The position numbers were made by a program, and so were the translations under genes. A DNA stretch of 64,000 nucleotides, taken from contig NC_043005.1 in the NCBI RefSeq assembly GCF_006345805.1, positions 72,664,001 through 72,728,000 on the forward strand. Reading direction: 5' to 3'. Below are positions 12,861 through 24,348 of this stretch, piece by piece. Under the pieces are notes generated by a model. It saw nothing but the letters and a program-made list of their open reading frames with translations. It ran no database searches and had not been told where the DNA came from. The DNA is from Octopus sinensis (lineage: Eukaryota). Position 1 is the first letter of the stretch; every line of letters begins with the position of its first letter.

Positions 12861-13861
12861 TTGTGTGTATTAAGAATATAAATATATGTGTGTGTGTGTG
12901 TTAAGAATCTCACAAGTGCTGTTGCAAAAGCCTCATGTGGATTCTTAAGCTACAGAGTAAAGCTGCGATGGTTATGATGATCATACAACAGAGGAGATCA
13001 ACAATGAGCAGACTGGCTTCTAAAAGCTAATTGATGCCAGTGCGTTGAAAAGATAATGCTAATGGTAAGAGAATAGCTGTTTGTTCTATGTGATCAACAT
13101 TTGCAATATATAGGTAATTCATGGAATCAGTAATGTAGCCTTCTTGAACCTAAGCTGCTTTTAATAGCATTTCTAAACTTAACAACAAATGGCAAACGAA
13201 AGTGACAAGCTTATTTAAAGGAAGTGAAGAAGATAGAGGTTTGGAGCAAGCTAACGAATGAAAGAACTAGAAGTGGAAGTAATTAAGAATAAATGCTCAA
13301 ATGGCTTACTTGAATTTACTTGTCCAAGAATTTGATAATGAACTTAAACCTCGACATCAGTTCATATATGTAAGTTTAGGTTGTTTAAGTACTGTATGAA
13401 TGAAAGAAAGTATTTTTCTTTAGCTATTGGCTTCATTCATACTTCCTATTAATGTAATTTCAAAGCTTCTATTGCATTCATAGAATTATAAGTTCAAAAC
13501 TTTAGTATGTATGAGTACATGCATGTATGCATTTCATCATTTAATTTAGCTAAGCAAAGGAAAATAGAGAAGTGAATGGTTAATTGTGTGTACATGTGTG
13601 TGTGTGGTGATTTGCAAGTGTTATCATGTGCAAAATAAAAGTGCTCAATATCTGTTGTAGAGTGGAATATTTGATGTGTAGCAGTAATCATAATTGACAG
13701 TAACTCAGCTAAAGTTGTTATAGCACTATACACCTCCCTGACGAACACATTCATATTCATATAGGTTGAAATGTCCAATCCATGCCAGCATGGAAAAAGG
13801 GATGTTAAATGATGATGATCTCCCACACACAAAAACACATGTGCATGTGCACATGCACAAC

Positions 13862-14960
13862 GAGAGAAACTTCTTCCAGGACAACCTGCTGAGAGCTACA
13901 GACTAAATCTATAGCTGCAGCAAAGTTCCAGCTTGACTAAAGGTGACCTGGTGGTGGAGCAGTGAAATAGACAGGGAGACAGGTTTGGAAAGGTCTGAAG
14001 AAGGGAGGCAACAGAGAACTATACCAGGTAGCTTGAACAGAAGCTTGGCGACAGGTTTATTTAGCATGAGGAAAAGCAGAAAAGAGGCTTGTCAATGTTC
14101 TGCAGTATGATGACCAGAGGTATGAGATGCTTTGGATTGCGTAGCTGTATATCTGAGAAAATCACGATGTTATCGGGTAGAAGCTTGCATAGGCCCGGGA
14201 ACAGGGGTTGCAGGTCGTGCAAGTGCACCCCCTAGAATTTTTGTGGAGTGCAGAACCAAAATTTGCAGCCCCATTTATTTTCCTCGGGTTTAGAAAATAG
14301 TAAATAAAAAGCAATGTGTAAAAAGTAGCTTGAAATTAGGTTCCTTCTCAAAGAACAAAACACAAAAATAACAAAAAAAAGACCTTTTTTGTAAATATTT
14401 TTGGACCTGGGTTTGCACCCCCTGAGCAAATTTCATTCCTGAACCAGTGGAAGCTTGTATAGATGGATAATTGTCCACTAACACTTCAGGATTCTAAAAG
14501 AGATAGAGGCATAGAAGTGCTGTTAAGAAAGGTTATTAGATATGGAAAATGAACGGGAGAAAGTCTTTCCAATGTTAAACCAGAATGGTGTACCAGCCAT
14601 TCTAGCTGACAACAGTATGGCAGACAAAGCAATAAAAGGCATAAAATCAGGAGAACTTCCTTGTGCATCAGGAATTACAGCTAAGATGCTTAAGAATATC
14701 TGGTGGAATGGGAGGTAGCCTGGTTGCCCATATTCTTAAGCAGATTGTACAGGAAGGTATCATCCCAAGTGACTGGTGTGGCAGTATCATAGTCAAATGT
14801 TACAAAGGTAAAGGAGATGACTTCATGAGAAGTATCATATCGTTTGAGTAGGTCATGAAAGTTGCTGAAAGTGTCATAACATGATTAAGTAGGAAGAGAG
14901 CTAACCTAGATGAGATACAGTTTAATACAGGGTGAAACACTTCTGTAACTTTCTTTCTAA
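13862..14960 (+). mobile_element. Decayed RTE LINE internal fragment (linker plus start of reverse transcriptase), interrupted by a MITE
   Basis: Frame-broken translation includes DNLLRATD, KVTWWWSSEIDR, and ISGGMGGSLVAHILKQIVQEGIIPSDWCGSIIVKCYKGKGD...LDEIQF, typical of the RTE RT N-terminus. Many stops and frameshifts. Confidence 0.85.
14188..14449. mobile_element. hAT-type MITE inserted in the RTE fragment
   Basis: Perfect 8-bp TSD GAAGCTTG (14180-14187, 14450-14457); degenerate ~15-bp TIRs cataggcccgggaac / attcctgaaccagtg. Confidence 0.75.
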
Positions 14961-14976
14961 TAAGGCAATTGCTGAA

Positions 14977-15163
14977 GTGTCTGGGGAGTCATTTTCTTTT
15001 TGTGCCTTATAATGTAACACACTCACCGGTAAAATTTCCACTTATTTCTTATTTTATTTTAAAATTTAAAAAAAAGTTTTTTTAAATAATAAATAAGTGG
15101 AAATTTTACTGGTGAGTGTGTTACATTATAAGACACAAAAAGAAAATGACTCTCCCCAGACAC
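14977..15163. repeat. Foldback/MITE-like long inverted repeat (~70-bp arms, ~43-bp AT spacer)
   Basis: Arm 14977-15047 is the reverse complement of 15091-15163, with 2 substitutions and a 2-nt indel. Confidence 0.9.
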
Positions 15164-15379
15164 AAAAAAATATGCTTCAACACACGAACTCATATAAAGA
15201 ATCTTGCAAACCAAATCCGAAAACGAAATTGCTGAAGTACTTAGTGTACTTAGTGTACTCCTTACTCTCTTTCCAGCTGAGGGCACCATGTATCTCCTCT
15301 CCAGCAACACATCTGTCTTTATCTTCCAACATCTGGCATCAAGCCACCTCCCTCAATACTACCTCACCCCTTCAGTTGA

Positions 15380-15600
15380 AGGGTGTTATCTTGTGAGTTA
15401 CTCGGTGACCTCACTAGTGCTAGTGCCACAAAATGGCACCCAGTGTGCTCTATAAAGTGGTTAGCATTAGAAAGGACTTCTAGTTGTAGAGAACCTGCCA
15501 AAGCAGACACTGGAGCTCGGCACAATCCTTTGGCTCGTTGGTACCCATTGAAATGCCGAACCCATGACAGCACGGAAAACAGATGTTAAGCAATGATGAT
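15380..15600 (+). mobile_element. SINE-like family B (RTE-related, (GAT)n tail), diverged
   Basis: gtggttagcattagaaaggac..tagttgtaga core and 3' cccatgacagcacggaaaacagatgttaag...atgatgat. Confidence 0.7.
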
Positions 15601-16184
15601 AACACACACACACACACACATATAAATATACAGGCTTTAATATGTTTAGAAGTGTGTGCACACATAAACATTCATGCATACAGATATATACAGATAAGTA
15701 TCCTGTTGTATATGTGTGATTAAACATGAACATGTCAGAGAAAGAGAGAGAGCGAGAGAGAGAGAACAAGAGTTAGTATTCTTAGAGACTTTACTATATT
15801 GCAATAAGCAGAGAATAACTCCAAATGGCCAAGTCAATTGTATATTTAATAACCAGCAAGAGAATCTTAGTTTGTATCCTGTCATTACAACTGCACAATT
15901 TCTGTGGCTAAGACACTTAACTCTCAAGTAGCTCAATCAACATAGCTTTAAATAATTATCTCACATTGAATAGCTGACCTCTATAATTATAATCAGTATC
16001 AGACATTAAAATTGATGTTTTATTAGTTTACAATAGTGAGTTCAAGTATTCCTCTTGGTATGGCTTTGCAATGGATGGCTTCTTTGAAGTTGACTTTTCC
16101 AGATACAATCTATAAAGTCTGAGAGTCCCTTTTGATGCACAGACCACTGACTTATGTGACCATCCTGCCTACAAAAAGTATTAT

Positions 16185-16599
16185 ACTCTTTTTTTACTCT
16201 TTTTTTACTTGTTTCAGTCATTTGACTGCGGCCATGCTGGAGCACCGCCTTTTAGTCAAGCAAATCGACCCCGGGACTTATTCTTTGTAAGCCCAGTACT
16301 TATTCTATCGTTCTCTTTTGCCGAACTGCTAAGTGATGGGGGATGTAAACACACCAGCATCGGTTGTCAAGCAATGCTAGAGGGACAAACACAGACACAC
16401 AAGCATATACACACACATACCTATATATATATACATATATACGACAGGCTTCTTTCAGTTTCCGTCTACCAAATCCACTCACAAGGCATTGGTCAGCCCG
16501 AGGCTATAGCAGAAGACACTTGCCCAAGATGCCACGCAGTGGGACTGAACCCGGAACCATGTGGCTGGTAAGCAAGCTACTTACCACACAGCCACTCCT
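16185..16599 (-). mobile_element. SINE family A, full length, relatively young (CpGs retained)
   Basis: Reverse complement of the family A consensus from aggagtggctgtgtggtaag to tgaaacaagtaaaaaaagagtaaaa. Confidence 0.9.
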
Positions 16600-17133
16600 T
16601 TCTACCACTTTATTTCACAATTTTGAGAATTGGGAGGTAAGCTGCCCTTGATGAACCTTAAAGACGGTGAAATCACTTCATATGATATTTCTCCTATGGT
16701 TGTCTTAGCTGCATTATTGGACCCCTGGACAAATCATTGCACTGATACCTATAGTATTTATTAATTGATAATAAGATAAGTCTTCTAGGTAACAGAAATA
16801 ATTACTTCCTCTAAGAATCCTTCTGGGTATTTGAAAATAATCTAAATCTGTTTACCATGTTTTCTTAGTGTTTATTGCTCCTATGCACCGGACAGAAAAC
16901 CAACTTTCTCTATAAGACAGCAAACATAGATCAGAATTGGACCCTTAGATCTGTGAGACTGCAGGGCAACACAGCTGGATGCCCTTCCTAATGCCAACCA
17001 CTCCGTGAGTGGTGTGGGTGATTTTTACATGCCACTGGCACAGAAGCTAGTCAAGGCAGCGCTGGCATCGGCCACGATCGGATGGTGCTTTTTACATGCC
17101 ACTGGCATGAAGGTGATATTAAAAGAGCTTTAA

Positions 17134-17349
17134 CCCTTTAGCATCCAGATTATTCTGTCAAATGTATAGCTGATTTATTCATATTGTTTTGAATTAATCA
17201 TACATTATCTTGTAGCTGTGAGATTTTACTGATGTGACTGTTTATTTTGAGAACGATATTGTGGAGTAGGTGTGAGAGGCCAGATCTGGTCAGCTAGAAT
17301 ATAAAACAGAACATTTCAGTTAGATATGGCCGATTTAAATGCTAAAGTG
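17134..17349. mobile_element. piggyBac-type MITE
   Basis: TTAA|CCCTTTAGCAT ... ATGCTAAAGTG|TTAA. A second, oppositely oriented diverged copy lies at 28752-28970. Confidence 0.75.
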
Positions 17350-17441
17350 TTAAAAGCGAAATGGAATGAGGCTGTGTTGGAGAGGACCTATCCAGCCTTT
17401 GAAAAAAATAGACATAATAAATTTTGATGATAATAATATAA

Positions 17442-17880
17442 TCTATTATATAAAATCCATTCTGTCTATCTGTATGTGTGTCTTCTAGGATCTCAAGCAT
17501 CCTCCATCCAATTGCACTCAAATTTGATATGTAGATACCGACGGTATCATGACGTGTATAGTCTTGAAAAAATTACAAAAATCACTTCCAGATGAGAATG
17601 TGATCGATAAAGCCATGGGAACATGCATTTGTACGTGCAAGTACATCAGCTGTTGCGATCGATACTACACGTACGCAAGAAAAATGCACTTGCAGTATAT
17701 TTAAGAGACCAAAAGAGTAAGATGCAAAAGAGATATTTTCTTCAAACTTGGCATGAAGGAAGGAAAGACTATTTGGTTTCTCAAGAAGTTTTTCTTTGCC
17801 TTAACCTTGTTTAACAAAAAAAACAAAAATTTTATTGAAATAAAGGCATGCTTAAATATTTTTTAATGAAAAGAAAACAC
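17442..17880 (+). mobile_element. Helitron-like element, 5' portion
   Basis: A|TCTATTATATAAAA...tctgtctatctgtatg start resembles non-autonomous Helitron 5' ends. No 3' hairpin/CTAG found, so the end is approximate. A similar 5' piece is at ~25871-26075. Confidence 0.5.
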
Positions 17881-19410
17881 TGATTGCTTTTTATTCAGCA
17901 GATATATTCAGCACCATCCATTTGATGGGGGGCATTTTGCTCATAATAATATAAAGGGCTACAGAAAAATTATGCTACTTTTATCAAATCTTGCGCTATA
18001 TTGCAATTTGTATTGTATAACAAAATTGGTGATGCTATTTATTTTATGCATAGGCTCTTTTCATACCAATCCACCTGAGAATATCTCTGATTTTGAGATA
18101 AAACTTCTCATTTTAAAATGTCCATGCTTAAATTAAACCCTTCCATCATAACTTTATGCATGGTTCTGTAATAAATTTAAGAATCAAAGGTTAGATTCCA
18201 TAATTTATTCCCAGATAGGAATATGTCTGAAAAAGACAAGATGATTACAACTGAAAAGCCTTTAACCATAAATATTCTTGAACAGTATTGACCAGGTCTC
18301 TACACAACAACAGCAATGCTTCTCATTGCCGATAAACTATTTTTACTATAGTTATTTATTAGTATCATTTTTAGTTGATGATAATAATTTACGCTGTAAT
18401 TTTCTGAGATATCAATTCATCTTTTGATTGTTAAATCACTGTCTTATTTTATTTATTTTTCCAAATTATATTCTTCACTTATCTCCAACTGAAAATCACT
18501 AGAATATTCTAAAAATTTTATGTGACATAGGCAGAATATATTGAAACTTCTTTACTTTACAGTACTGTGTTTAAAAACTTCTGTCATATCATTCCAGTTT
18601 GTTCAGGTGTGGTGAAATATATTTCCTCTGTAAAGAACATCATCTTTTTGGACATCTGCAGTGATTTTTCTTTCATTCTACTCAATTATGCAATAACAAA
18701 ATTGAGAAAAATGTACAACTTGCTAGAAATCAAATATTGCCAGAAGGCACAAGGAATGTCCCTGCCAACAGCAGAGAAAGTAAATACGAAAATAAATAAA
18801 TACATGAAAATTAAGTGTGAGTCTCTCAGTTTAAACAAGTGCAGTATGACATTAGCAGTAGCCATAGTGAGAGCCCTGGAAGCCTGTGTTAGTCTGCTTC
18901 CAGCAAATTTCAATTCAACAGACGACCATTTCCATGCAGGATTTGTTTTGCTATGTCTATTGAGAGATGTCAAAGTCAGTTTCTTAAAGGAATCGGTTCA
19001 AATATTGAAATGTGCTGTTTCTCATCCTCAGCTGTATTTAGACTGTTTAGCTAGAGGCTGAAAGGATAATGACTCGGTATTATACACTACCTAAATTGGA
19101 ATTAACACAAAATTTTCTTTATAGGGAATTATAAATAATTGGAGGTATCTAATTTTGACTCCTTAGTATATACCCTAAAATATTACACTGGATGTATTGG
19201 AAGAAGTTTGCTTCCCAACCATATGGTTCCAGATTCTGCCCCACCTCATGGCACTTTGGGTAAATGTCATCTACAATAGCTTTGGGCTGACCAAAGCATT
19301 GTGAATGGATTTGGGCAGAAACTGAAAGAAGCTCGTTGTATATATATATATATAACTGTATGCATGTATATATATATATAAGGAGAGTGGTCATCATTTC
19401 CCCTTCTATA

Positions 19411-19502
19411 CTGGCTGTCCCTGATGAGTTTATATTGTATAACTGGTTTGTTGCCTAATACTCCATTATATAATTTCACAAGAAACTGATTGGTAATACC
19501 AG
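19411..19502 (+). ncRNA. Degenerate type I hammerhead-ribozyme-like motif
   Basis: ctggctgtcc-CTGATGA-(long AT-rich stem II)-GAAA-ctgattgg-TA-ataccag. Stem III equals palindrome ccgatcgg after two CpG->TpG changes. Stems I and II are imperfect. Confidence 0.4.
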
Positions 19503-20019
19503 CTGTGATGAATAGTTAACACTATAAAATTCAGGCAATATATATATATATATATATACATACATGCACACACACTCACACACATACACACTCACACACA
19601 TACACACTCACACACACACACAATGTGTATGTGTGTATGTGTCTTTGTGTCTGTGTTTGTGCCCCAGCATGGCCACAAACTAATGATTGAAACAGGTAAA
19701 AAATAAAGAGATTTCACTGTTTTCAAAGAAACTCAAGTTTTAGTGTAGGTCAAATTTTAGAGGAGTAACAGACTTGAAGTAGAATATAGTTACTGTCATA
19801 ATCATACATATATACACAAAAAACTTACATATACATGCATGCACACATATATATGTGTGTGCATTCAAAATCATGTATGTATATATATATATAATTATAA
19901 CAGTGATTATACAATAAGTTGAAAAATATAGATATTTATATATACATAAGTATATGTATATATGTATGTATGTATCCCTTATAATAGGTGTGATCACAAG
20001 GGAAACACATGCTTCCTAT

Positions 20020-20089
20020 ATATTTATATATGCGTGAGTGTATCTATGTATATGTATATGCGTGTATATGTACATATATATGCACACAT

Positions 20090-20128
<39 letters not shown>

Positions 20129-20274
20129 AGCATGGAAGGCAGACATTAAATGATGATGATGTATGTATATATATGTATATATATATGTATGTATATATAT
20201 ATATTTCAACATATATGTATATGTATTTATATATATGACTATTTCTAAATGTATATAGATATATATATATTTAT

Positions 20275-20311
<37 letters not shown>

Positions 20312-21060
20312 CAAATATATATTTGTATATATGTGTATATATTTGTATATATTTGTATATATGGGTGGGGGTGTATGTACTCATGCACACAGTTTTTATT
20401 CTTTTGCTGGTTTTTTTGTCATAGACTGTAAACATGCTGAGATGCTACCATAAAGGGTTTCAGTAGATTATATCGTCTACTACATATTCTATTGATTTTG
20501 TGTTGGAGGACCTTGGCGTAAAGTGACATCACTCAGACAGAACTAAATACTGAAAGATATTTTCCTTTGAAGCACTGATTTTGTTTATCCCACACTGATA
20601 TATACAGACATTTCTCCTTCTCTCTTCCTCCCTCTGCATGTATGTGTATATATATATATATATATATATGCATATGTATATATATATATATATAAATATG
20701 TATATATGCATATATATATAAATATTATATATGCATATATATAAATATTATATATTCATGTATATATATAAATATGTACATATATATATATATAAATATA
20801 TATATTACATATATAAATATATATATATGCATGTATATATAAATATATATATATACATATATATATAGATATATATATTATATATATATATGCATATATA
20901 TATAAATATGTATATATGCATATATATATATAAATATGTATATATGCATATATATATAAATATGTATATATGCATATATATATATATAAATATGCATATA
21001 TACATATATATATATATATGCAAATGCATATATATATATATATATATTTATATTTGCATA
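20020..21060. repeat. Long degenerate (TA)n-based microsatellite/minisatellite blocks
   Basis: Directly visible; recurring aaatatgtatatatgcatatatatat units at ~20900-21000. Confidence 0.9.
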
Positions 21061-21354
21061 CATTTGTAACCAAAAAAAAGACAGACTACACACACACACA
21101 TATATGTATGTGTGTATATGAAAGGGAGATAGAGATGTATAGAGATAGGTAAGTATAGATATAATAATATATATGTTATATATATATATAAACATGAGTA
21201 TATGCTCATATACTTGCATATCCTTATATAGTGTTTATTTACATATATAAGCAGGTATATATGGTTATATACATGCATGTGATTTAAAATATATAAATAT
21301 AAGCATATATACATATGTGTATGTGTGTATACACACACACACACACACACACAC

Positions 21355-21750
21355 CTGAACATGGTCACTGCCAGAGCCCCCTGATTGGCTCCTATTTTGG
21401 TGGCACATAAAAAGCACCATGGCTCCCAAAAAGCACTAAGCAAATGTGATTGATGCCAGAGCTACCTGACTATCTCCTGTGCTGGTGGCACATAGAAATC
21501 ACTATCCAAACATGGCCAATGCCACTGCCCTTGACTGGCTCCCATGCCGGTGGCACGTAAAAGGCACTATCTGAACGTGGCCGATGCCAATGCCCTTGAC
21601 TGGCTACCATGCCTGTGGCACATAAAAAGCTGTATCCAAACGTGATCAATGCTAGGGATGCCGTGCTGGTGGAAGCTGCTGACTTTCCAGACCTCAGTCA
21701 AACCGTCCAACCCATGCCAGCATGGAAAATAGACATTAAACGATGATGAT
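21355..21750 (+). mobile_element. SINE-like family B with ~60-bp internal tandem units
   Basis: Repeated gtggcac(a/g)taaaaagcac...tgcca...gactggctcc units; 3' end aacccatgccagcatggaaaatagacattaaacgatgatgat. Confidence 0.85.
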
Positions 21751-22780
21751 ATATACAAAAAGAGACAGACAGTTAGAAAGGCAGACAGACAGACAAAGAT
21801 GTTTCAAGTTATATAATACAAACATACACATATACACACGCGTATGCATCACATACATCTATATGCATAATTTCACATAAACTTAATGTTACATGGTAAG
21901 GGATAAAATTGGCTGTAAAACATCACTTGAAGGTTGGCACCAGCTTTAAGTTGATTAAACTTCTATAATAATTCAATTCTACGGAGTTTCACAGAGTTTA
22001 TTGATAGACAGTAACTTAATACTTCTCTGGATCATTGTCCAACATGGATTTAACAGAATGAATATCAAAGCAATGCTCTTCTCCATGGAATTAAACATTA
22101 ACTTCGGTTTAACTTTGAGTCTGAAAGCTTCTATGAGGTTTCTGAGACACGTAATTAACTTTTATTCATCATATCTTCAAATTGGAAGAAATTTTGGAAT
22201 GGCTTCTACAAGAACGGCATATGAATACATAAAACACTTCATTTTTACCAATTCCCAAAATATTCTCTATTGAGATATGCACTACACAGCTACTCTATGT
22301 GTATGTGTATGTGTGTGTGTGTGTGTGCTTACGGAGTATATGCATACACACATATAAAAATGAAATAAGTAATTCGTATCGACATGTCCATGGTAATCAT
22401 GCTTTAACTATAAAATATGAACCTAAGAATGCTGTCAAATCTCCATACTAAAAGTGCATTACAAATTAACTGTATCTTACTCCCTCCTTCCCCCTCTCTT
22501 TCTCTCTCAATGTATATAAAGAAATATCTATCAATTTATTTATCTAGCTACATGTCTGTCCTTCCATCCTTCCATCCATCTATATATATATAAATATATG
22601 TATGTATATATATATATATATATATACATATATCTACACACATAATATACTCATATACACACACGCATATATATATATATACATACATTTTACACAATCA
22701 TAAAATACCTATATCTATAAAATTATATAGAATATATATTATACCTAATATACATACATACATACATATATATATATATA

Positions 22781-23016
22781 TGCTGGTGGCATGTGTAAAA
22801 GGATTCAAGCGAGGTCATTGCCAGTACCGCCTGTCTGGCGCGTAAAAAACACCCACTACACTCTCGGAATGCTTGGCGCCAGGAAGGGCAACCAGCTGTA
22901 GAAACTCTGCCAAATCAAGATTGGAGCCTGGTGCAGCCATCTGGTTCGCCAGCTCTCAGTCAAAATCGTCCAACAACCCATGCTAGCATGGAAAGTGGAC
23001 GTTAGACGATGATGAT
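22781..23016 (+). mobile_element. SINE-like family B
   Basis: ggcgccaggaagggcaaccagctgtagaaac core and gctagcatggaaagtggacgttagacgatgatgat tail; flanked by TA tracts. Confidence 0.85.
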
Positions 23017-23083
23017 ATATATATAGAAGAAATTAAAAAAGGAAAATACACACACTTTACATAGTTTTTGTATAATTTTTAAT

Positions 23084-23118
23084 ATATCTACCGGTTTCTC
23101 TTTTGCTATTCATGATAT
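23084..23118 (-). ncRNA. Minimal hammerhead-like motif with A3-U8 core variant (Penelope pLTR-type relic)
   Basis: Minus strand atatc-ATGAATA-gc aaaa ga-GAAA-ccgg-TA-gatat: perfect 5-bp stem I, palindromic CCGG stem III, GUA cleavage triplet. Stem II closing pair is broken (G·A). Confidence 0.55.
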
Positions 23119-23151
23119 CTTGGTTTACTTATTTGAATATGTATTTTCTTA

Positions 23152-23185
<34 letters not shown>

Positions 23186-23859
23186 GTATATACATACATG
23201 TATGTATGCATTTGAGAATGAATTTGGTAGATGAAATATTAAAAAATGAATCTTTGTTGTGTGTGGGTGTGTTTGAGTGACTTTTTGTATCCCTTGTATT
23301 CACATCTATTCACTGTTGGTAGACAATACTAGTGTCATTAGCTTAGGCACCTCCAAAAGCAAACCTGGCCCTTTTCACACAACTTGAAATGTTACACAAT
23401 CTTTGTAAACAAAATGCTCATTCAACTGATGTCATTTGTTCCCAGTCCCCATGCTGGTTTTTCTTTGATAGCCTGGGAAATTATTGCCGGGATTTTAAAT
23501 AAATAGGGGTTGGTAACAGGGAGGGCATCTATCCATTGAAAACTCTGCTCTATGCAAGCATGGGAAAAATATGGAGGAGCAAATTGGCTTGTTGGTTGAA
23601 AGTGATCCATAGCCAGCACATAGAGCAGCCTGATAAATGGAGTGGGTGCAAGTGTTCAATTCTTCATTCCAGCTCCATAACACAATTCACACTATTCTTC
23701 ATCTGGGCCCCTTTTAAAGAGATTTCCTCCTACATACTTTTAAGAGGTCTTGGGTTAACAGGTTTTGGGATCTGACAATACACCATAAAGCTAGACCCTT
23801 TATGGATGGGAAATCTAAGGCAATCCAATAAACTTGCCTTCCCCATTTTAAGACCTGAT

Positions 23860-24348
23860 GGGGCAAGTGAAATTGAAATTAAACCAAATTCAATGACGGG
23901 CACCCATGCCAGTGGAGCGCTAACAGCTCCATCCGAACGAAATCACTGCCAGAGCAGCTGTCTGGCCTCCATGCCGGTGGCATTTTAAAAGCAAGTGTGA
24001 TCTTTACCAGCATCACCTTACTGACACTTGTGCCAGTGGCACGTGAACAAAACATTCGAGCGAGGTCATTGCCAGTGCCACTGGACTGACTCCTGTGCAG
24101 GTGACATGTAAAAAACACCATTTGAGCTTGGCCGTTGCCAGTACTGCCAGACTGGCCCTCATGTCGGTGGCACGTAAAAGCACCCACTACACTCTCGGAG
24201 TGGTTGGCATTAGGAAGGGCATCCAGCTGTAAAAACTCTACCAGATCAGATTGGAGCCTGGCACAGCTATCTGGTTTGCCAGTCCTCAGTCAAATCGTCC
24301 AACCCATGCTAGCATGGAAAGCAGACATTAAATGATGATGATGATGAT
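23860..24348 (+). mobile_element. SINE-like family B, long copy
   Basis: Several tandem units, tcggagtggttggcattaggaagggcatccagctgtaaaaac core, (GAT)n tail. Related partial copies at 9180-9372, 16973-17108(-), 26080-26235, 32148-32497 and 33240-33507. Confidence 0.9.

Noticed and set aside
13301-13375. ATG...MAYLNLLVQEFDNELKPRHQFIY|GTAAGT possible first or alternative exon
   Set aside because: Phase 0 donor is incompatible with the phase-1 acceptor at 35450; no other support.
18567-19061. 164-aa ORF in non-repetitive DNA
   Set aside because: No recognisable motif, non-ATG start, no clear splice sites; composition resembles random AT-rich translation.
21355-21660. Regularly spaced ~60-bp repeats resembling a CRISPR array
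   Set aside because: Whole units are similar with no unique spacers, they sit inside a dispersed eukaryotic retroelement, and there are no cas genes.
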